Below, one piece after another: positions 59,022 through 64,000 of a stretch of DNA of 64,000 nucleotides. Position numbers and translations under genes: made by a program. The notes under the pieces are model-generated. The model saw only the letters and a program-made list of their open reading frames with translations. It was not told the DNA's origin and did no database searches. Position 1 is the stretch's first letter; every line of letters begins with the position of its first letter. Source of the DNA: Cenarchaeum sp. (GTDB taxonomy: Archaea > Thermoproteota > Nitrososphaeria > Nitrososphaerales > Nitrosopumilaceae); the NCBI GenBank assembly GCA_965212015.1, contig OZ243037.1:608001-672000 (forward strand). Reading direction: 5' to 3'.

Positions 59022-59708
59022 TCACCTGTGTTTTTTGCCTTGCCGCCGCGCACCGGGCCTCGCATAATGCAGGACAATCTCATCGCCCAGCCGGACTGTC
59101 CTTTTTAGTTTAAATCCCGGCGAGTCGCGAATCCTCGGGAATCCGGCCCCGTCCACAAGCGTGGCAGAGTCTGCGCCTCCCAGCATCCTAGGCGAGATTG
59201 TAACAAAGACCTCGTCTATCAAATCGCGCCGTACAAACTCCCAGCTAGTCGTCCCGCCACCTTCCAAAAGTATGGATTCGATATTCTCCCTGTAAAGCAT
59301 CAGGAGCATCCTCTCAAGATTAACCGAGTTTTTGCCCGCCGTGATTACCCTCACGGAAAAACCCTCCAGCATGCGCCGGGTTTTCCCGGTGATTCTTTCA
59401 GTGCAGATCATTATCGTGGGGATTTTTTTTGCAGTCACAAGTATTCTCGAGTGGGCCGGTATGTCGCCTGTCGAGCTTAGAATCACGCGCACGGGGTTTT
59501 TCCCCTTTACGTGCCTTACCGTCAGGAGTGGATCATCTGCTATTATGGTTTTTTTCCCGACAAGTATGGCATCCACGCCGGCGCGAAGCCTGTGGAGCCG
59601 CCGCAGATCGTCCCCAGATGAGAGTCCAGAATCCCCGGAACGAGTCGATATCTTTCCGTCCATGCTCATGGCAGCACAGAATATCACCCTCGGCCTAGAG
59701 CCTTCCAT
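59022..59708 (-). CDS. RibD C-terminal-type pyrimidine reductase
   Basis: AMSMDGKI, DDPLLTVR, LLEGGG. Confidence 0.9.
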   Translation of the reverse strand: MEGSRPRVIFCAAMSMDGKISTRSGDSGLSSGDDLRRLHRLRAGVDAILVGKKTIIADDPLLTVRHVKGKNPVRVILSSTGDIPAHSRILVTAKKIPTIMICTERITGKTRRMLEGFSVRVITAGKNSVNLERMLLMLYRENIESILLEGGGTTSWEFVRRDLIDEVFVTISPRMLGGADSATLVDGAGFPRIRDSPGFKLKRTVRLGDEIVLHYARPGARRQGKKHR

Positions 59709-60882
59709 GAATTATCCTTCCCCCGATCATGACTGCCCTGACTGCCGACTCGGACGCCCGGTGCACGATGGATGCGTGCACGTCGTGTATGGGATCCAAG
59801 TCTATCGAATGCCTGTCAATAAAGACACAGTCGGCTAGCTTTCCTGCCTCGATTACCCCCACGTCCATGCCCAGCATTTTTCCTGCGTTGACTGTGGCCA
59901 TCTTTAGAACATCCGCAGGACTGATTCTTTTTTTGTGTACGGCCATCGAGGCCTTCCAGAGATAGTCCATTTCGCGAAACATGTCCGGCGAGTTGATCAT
60001 GACATTGTCAGTGCCAATTGCCACGTTGCAGCCGCATTTCATCATCAGGCCGACGTCCGGAATTCCCTCCGCCAGGGCCGCATTGGCCCTGGGACACACC
60101 ACTATTCCGCGCGTCTTTTTTGCCGCCAGCCCCAAGTCCGCCCTCGAGGCGTGCGTCATGTGCACCACAAAATGCGGTCTTAGCTGCAAGGCGCGGACAG
60201 TCTCTGATCTTTTATAGTTCCTCGCAGATGTGGACACGCCCTCGGCAGTCTCTGATGCGTGAATCGCCCTGAGTCCGCCGCACCGGGAGTACGACTTCAG
60301 GACAGAATCGCTGTTCTCGTTTGCCCCGCTGACTCCCAGCCCGTCGCACTCGCCGAGAATCCCCCCAAGCTCGGAGATTGTCTTTTGCGAGACGCCCTCG
60401 TTTTTTTTGATCCGGCGCACGTCCTGGTACGACTCTGCCCTGCCAAGGATTACCCGGCGGATGGGCAGGCCCCTTAGCGCCCGCTTTAGCAGCAGGACCC
60501 CCTCCATTCCGCCCTCCCTAAAGTCGACAAAGGTAGTAGTCCCCCTTGCCACCATCGATTTTGAAGAATTTCTCATATAGCTTGCAAGGTGCCCGGGGCT
60601 CGTGTTTTTGAGTATTTTTGCCTTGGCCCCCGATACTGGATGGATTCTTTTTCTGGCAGAGCCGTTTAGCGTGACGTCCTTGGCTATAGAGTCGCCCACA
60701 TGCGTGTGCGCATTTACCATCCCCGGCATCAGGAGCATCCCCTCGCAGTCTACTGATTCTTCTCCTGCCTCCGGACGGATGTCTTTTTTGACGCACTCGA
60801 ATCTTTCGCCGATCCTCACGCTGGTGCCTGCAACATACCTCAGATCCCGGCCAAAAAGAACGCCAATGTTCCTTAAGAGCAT
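59695..60882 (-). CDS. Metal-dependent amidohydrolase
   Basis: PGMVNAHTH, IHASE, IGTDN, GKLAD. Confidence 0.9.
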   Translation of the reverse strand: MLLRNIGVLFGRDLRYVAGTSVRIGERFECVKKDIRPEAGEESVDCEGMLLMPGMVNAHTHVGDSIAKDVTLNGSARKRIHPVSGAKAKILKNTSPGHLASYMRNSSKSMVARGTTTFVDFREGGMEGVLLLKRALRGLPIRRVILGRAESYQDVRRIKKNEGVSQKTISELGGILGECDGLGVSGANENSDSVLKSYSRCGGLRAIHASETAEGVSTSARNYKRSETVRALQLRPHFVVHMTHASRADLGLAAKKTRGIVVCPRANAALAEGIPDVGLMMKCGCNVAIGTDNVMINSPDMFREMDYLWKASMAVHKKRISPADVLKMATVNAGKMLGMDVGVIEAGKLADCVFIDRHSIDLDPIHDVHASIVHRASESAVRAVMIGGRIIHGRL

Positions 60883-61619
60883 GACAGCTCGTACACCCCG
60901 GGCTTTTCCTTTTCAGAGTCACGGATTTTCCTGATGGTGTCAAGTGACTCTGTGGCAAGCCTTGCCGCGTCGCGCGCGGTGCGTCCCGTGCCTATCCCGC
61001 AGTTGATGGCAATGCCGTCCTTTTTTGCCGCATCAACGAACTCTTTTGCATGCAGCTTTGATTCGTCGTCTGCCAGCACCATAAAGTTGTCCCCGCCCAT
61101 GAAAAAGCACAGCGCCTTTTTTCTGGCAAAAAACTCTGACATTTTGGAGTACAGGCCAAACACCATTTCAGATATCTCATAGGGCGACTTTGTCCTTCCC
61201 ACAGAGGTGAGATCCTCAATGTCCAGATGCATTATGGTGACTGTACTGTCGGATTCCTCAATGCTTCCGTATATGCCGCACTCCCCATCTAGCACAGTCC
61301 CGGACCGTCTTGCGGCGTGCGCCGCAAGGTTTGCATCAAACGGGTTTTTGGCATGCCCGATGGACATTGTCAGGCTCAGATCAAATGACTGTATGAGCTT
61401 TTTTTGAATCCCGACGTGTGCCGTACGGTCAGCCCCGTTGCTTGCCACAAAAAACTCGTCATACCTGTTGGGAAACGCAAGGCACCCCATCTCCGAGAAC
61501 AGCCCCTGTATTCTCCCGTACAGCGACGCCTGCAGCATTTGCAGCTCGTGCTCCCTGTCGCTGCCCAGCTCCAGCGTCCATTTGCCGTATCCGGCAATCT
61601 TGAGTATGGTCAGCTGCAT
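60873..61619 (-). CDS. gch3: GTP cyclohydrolase III (IIa)
   Basis: GYGKWT..LGSDREH.LQ.LQ, RYD, FMGGDNF. Confidence 0.9.
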   Translation of the reverse strand: MQLTILKIAGYGKWTLELGSDREHELQMLQASLYGRIQGLFSEMGCLAFPNRYDEFFVASNGADRTAHVGIQKKLIQSFDLSLTMSIGHAKNPFDANLAAHAARRSGTVLDGECGIYGSIEESDSTVTIMHLDIEDLTSVGRTKSPYEISEMVFGLYSKMSEFFARKKALCFFMGGDNFMVLADDESKLHAKEFVDAAKKDGIAINCGIGTGRTARDAARLATESLDTIRKIRDSEKEKPGVYELSCS

Positions 61620-62029
61620 CTTGCCCTTCCCAGTTCGTCTGCCACTGTCTGAACCGCCTCCACTGCCCTCTCGGCTACGGGCCTTATTCTCGCATATGCG
61701 TGCCTCTCTTGCATGCCGGGGCCGCTTATCCCGAGTGAGACTGGCTTTTTGTGCTTTAATGACAGCTCTATTAGGGATTTTGCGACAGCATGCGCTATTA
61801 CCTCGTCGTGCTTTGTCTGGCCCTTTATTATGGCGCCCAGCGTGACTACTGCGTCAATGTCGTCCCTGCCAAGCAGGGCGTCTATTACAACTGGCGCGTC
61901 ATACGCGCCGGGAACCATACACGTCTGCACAATGTTCATCTTTAGGTGTGCCGCCTTTTCCCGGGCGACGCTGAGCATCCGGGATGTTATCTTTTCGTTA
62001 AACGCAGACGTCACTATTGCAATGTTCAA
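61610..62029 (-). CDS. ribH: 6,7-dimethyl-8-ribityllumazine synthase
   Basis: VPGAYD, LGAIIKGQTKHD. Confidence 0.95.
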   Translation of the reverse strand: MNIAIVTSAFNEKITSRMLSVAREKAAHLKMNIVQTCMVPGAYDAPVVIDALLGRDDIDAVVTLGAIIKGQTKHDEVIAHAVAKSLIELSLKHKKPVSLGISGPGMQERHAYARIRPVAERAVEAVQTVADELGRARCS

Positions 62030-62700
62030 GCCTGGTGCACCTTGGCATACTCTACTAGCTCCCCCCCGTCAATTAGCGGAATGCCGTTTTGCTTTGCATA
62101 CTTTGATGCCTTTTCCACGGAAAGCGCAGAGTACGTCTCTGCATCCATCATCTCACAAATGGCAGTGACCGGCACCAGCTCGGAGATCTTTGCCAGGTAT
62201 ACTGACATTTCTGTATGGCCGCGCCTCTTTGAGAGCAGGCCGTCAGATGCGATCAAAAGCGGCACGTGTCCTGGGGTCCTAAAGGACGATACAAACCTGT
62301 TCTTTGGATTCTCTGCCCCGTACAGGTTTGACATCTCCTTTACGGTCATGGCCCTGTCCCTGTCAGTGACGCCGGTGTACGTCCTGTAATGGTTGATGGA
62401 GACAGAAAACGTGGGGCGGTCCCCGTACGGCGCCATGCCGATTATCATCTCTTTTGACTTTGAATCGAGTGATTCGGAGAGTATCTCGTGCATGTATCTT
62501 GCCCCAATGCTGCTCCCAAACGAATCGTCAATTGCAATGCAGAGCAGCCCGCCTGCGTGCTGCCTCATGCGAGCAATGTGCTCCGGCGTGACGAACTGCG
62601 CTGCTGCCACCATGTCTATCTCGTTTTCGCGCCCGGCAGAGTCGTACAGCAGCACAAACTCGCCGCGCCTTAGCGACCCTATGGCGTCCTGAAGCGTCAT
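62026..62700 (-). CDS. ribB: 3,4-dihydroxy-2-butanone-4-phosphate synthase
   Basis: D..GRENEID, TGVTDRDR, PGHV, RRGHTE, ICEM. Confidence 0.95.
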   Translation of the reverse strand: MTLQDAIGSLRRGEFVLLYDSAGRENEIDMVAAAQFVTPEHIARMRQHAGGLLCIAIDDSFGSSIGARYMHEILSESLDSKSKEMIIGMAPYGDRPTFSVSINHYRTYTGVTDRDRAMTVKEMSNLYGAENPKNRFVSSFRTPGHVPLLIASDGLLSKRRGHTEMSVYLAKISELVPVTAICEMMDAETYSALSVEKASKYAKQNGIPLIDGGELVEYAKVHQA

Positions 62701-62768
62701 GACAAAACGCCCGTACCTCGGATTATAAAGTTTACTAGAAAATTTGTTATTACCAAAAAAATGGTAGC

Positions 62769-63353
62769 TTATCGTTTCATGGCATATTTTCCCAGAATGT
62801 CAGTCTCGATATTGACCCTGTCGCCGGCATCCTTGCCCCCAAGACTCGTAACCTCAAGCGTGTGCGGAATCAAACAGACCAGGGCAAGGTTTTTTTTAAT
62901 GTCCGCCACGGTCAGGCTGATCCCATCAACTGCAATGGATCCCTTTTTTACGACATGGCCCAAAAGCGGTCCTGGGATCTCCAGCCAGACCCCGACCTCG
63001 CCTGGTTTTTTTTGCACCCTTTTTATGAGTGCGGTGCCGTCAATGTGTCCCAGGACAAAGTGGCCCTCGAGTCTGTCGCCTGCCCTCAGGCTGCGCTCCA
63101 CGTTCACCGTGCCGCCGCGCCTGAGACCCCCAAGATCGGTCTTTTGTATGGTCTCGTCAATCATCTCAAAACTGCACCTGTCCTGCGATTTTTTGACCAC
63201 CGTGAGGCAGACGCCGTTGAGTGCCACGCTCTGGCCGATTTTCAGCCCCCTTGCGTTCTCGCCCAGACTCACCGTAATCCGGACTGCGCTGCGGTTTTTT
63301 GCGGGCCTCACGTCCTCTATCCTGCCCGTCCCCTCTATAATCCCGGTAAACAT
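62769..63353 (-). CDS. ribE: Riboflavin synthase (bacterial-type alpha chain)
   Basis: MFTGIIE, NGVCLTV, GHFVLGHIDG. Confidence 0.95.
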   Translation of the reverse strand: MFTGIIEGTGRIEDVRPAKNRSAVRITVSLGENARGLKIGQSVALNGVCLTVVKKSQDRCSFEMIDETIQKTDLGGLRRGGTVNVERSLRAGDRLEGHFVLGHIDGTALIKRVQKKPGEVGVWLEIPGPLLGHVVKKGSIAVDGISLTVADIKKNLALVCLIPHTLEVTSLGGKDAGDRVNIETDILGKYAMKR

Positions 63354-63417
63354 TTTCTTTGTTGCAGTATGGTTCGTATAAAATTTTTTAGATCGGCACT
63401 GTACCGCATGCGGCAGC

Positions 63418-64000
63418 TCATATGTCCAGCAGCGCGGATGCCTGCTTGTAGTGCACCTCGTCGATCATCTTGCCGTCTAGTACGGTGGCGCCCCTTCCCC
63501 TGCCGGCAGACAGGACGTACGCATCACACACCCTCTGCGCCCATCTCAGCTCCGCCTTGCTGGGATGAAACGCCCTGTGCACCTGCGGGATCTGCGACGG
63601 ATGTATTATGCTTTTTCCGGAATATCCCAGCTCCCTGCCTGCCTTGCAGTCCGCCCTCAGGCCCTTTTCGTCCCTTATGTCCTGCCATATGGCGTCGATT
63701 GCCGGTATGCCTGCGGCAGACGCATCTAGCGCAATCTTTGCGCGGGCGTATCCTGCTCCCCTGGCCTGCTTTGTGTACTCTATTCCCATGTCGCTTAGCA
63801 GGTCAAATACGCCAAACACCACGGCACAGACGCGCCCCGAAAACGACGCAATGCCGTGACAGTTTACGACCCCCGCAGGCGACTCTATCGACGGAATAAA
63901 CGGCGTTCTGCCGAGCCTTCTTTTTTTCTCCAGGCCTGCGGCCGTCCTTGTGATTTTTCTGAGCTCGTCTGTATGGCCTACCTTTGGTATCACTATTCCG
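63418..64000 (-). CDS. HpcH/HpaI/CitE-family CoA-ester lyase (3' part)
   Basis: IPKV, IES, GKSIIHPSQI, GKMIDEVH; 5' end lies outside the window. Confidence 0.88.
   Translation of the reverse strand, partial: GIVIPKVGHTDELRKITRTAAGLEKKRRLGRTPFIPSIESPAGVVNCHGIASFSGRVCAVVFGVFDLLSDMGIEYTKQARGAGYARAKIALDASAAGIPAIDAIWQDIRDEKGLRADCKAGRELGYSGKSIIHPSQIPQVHRAFHPSKAELRWAQRVCDAYVLSAGRGRGATVLDGKMIDEVHYKQASALLDI

Overview
Chromosomal window from an ammonia-oxidising archaeon (Nitrososphaerota/Thaumarchaeota, Nitrosopumilaceae-like, with a fairly GC-rich backbone). 1-20.8 kb is core genome: nuoABCDHIJKMLN, peroxiredoxin, acetyl/propionyl-CoA carboxylase (carboxyltransferase frameshifted), ferredoxin-NADP reductase, hemA, RFC large subunit and IMPase/FBPase. 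tRNA-Lys(UUU) at 20864-20937 is followed by a largely AT-rich composite island of about 37 kb (about 20.9-58.35 kb). A 14-bp copy of the tRNA 3' end at 44600-44613 lies between two tyrosine integrases. Island cargo: (i) an Ssp-like phosphorothioation/defence locus (cysteine desulfurase, DUF4007, ATPase, PAPS reductase, DUF262-DUF1524) with a GHKL ATPase/helicase pair, PLD, Schlafen and RusA; (ii) a DUF3800-like RNase H-fold gene followed by a covarying structured element that recurs 3 more times; (iii) a 3-kb non-coding array of five conserved hairpin modules, each followed by a different tandem repeat that keeps a 54-55-bp period, next to two basic RPEVK-repeat genes; (iv) a second candidate DNA-modification operon (GHKL ATPase, unknown, unknown-domain/PP-loop fusion, GIY-YIG, DndB) plus an HNH nuclease. 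58.4-64 kb returns to core genes (ferritin, riboflavin cluster, CitE-like lyase). All calls come from motif recognition by eye; no database searches were run.
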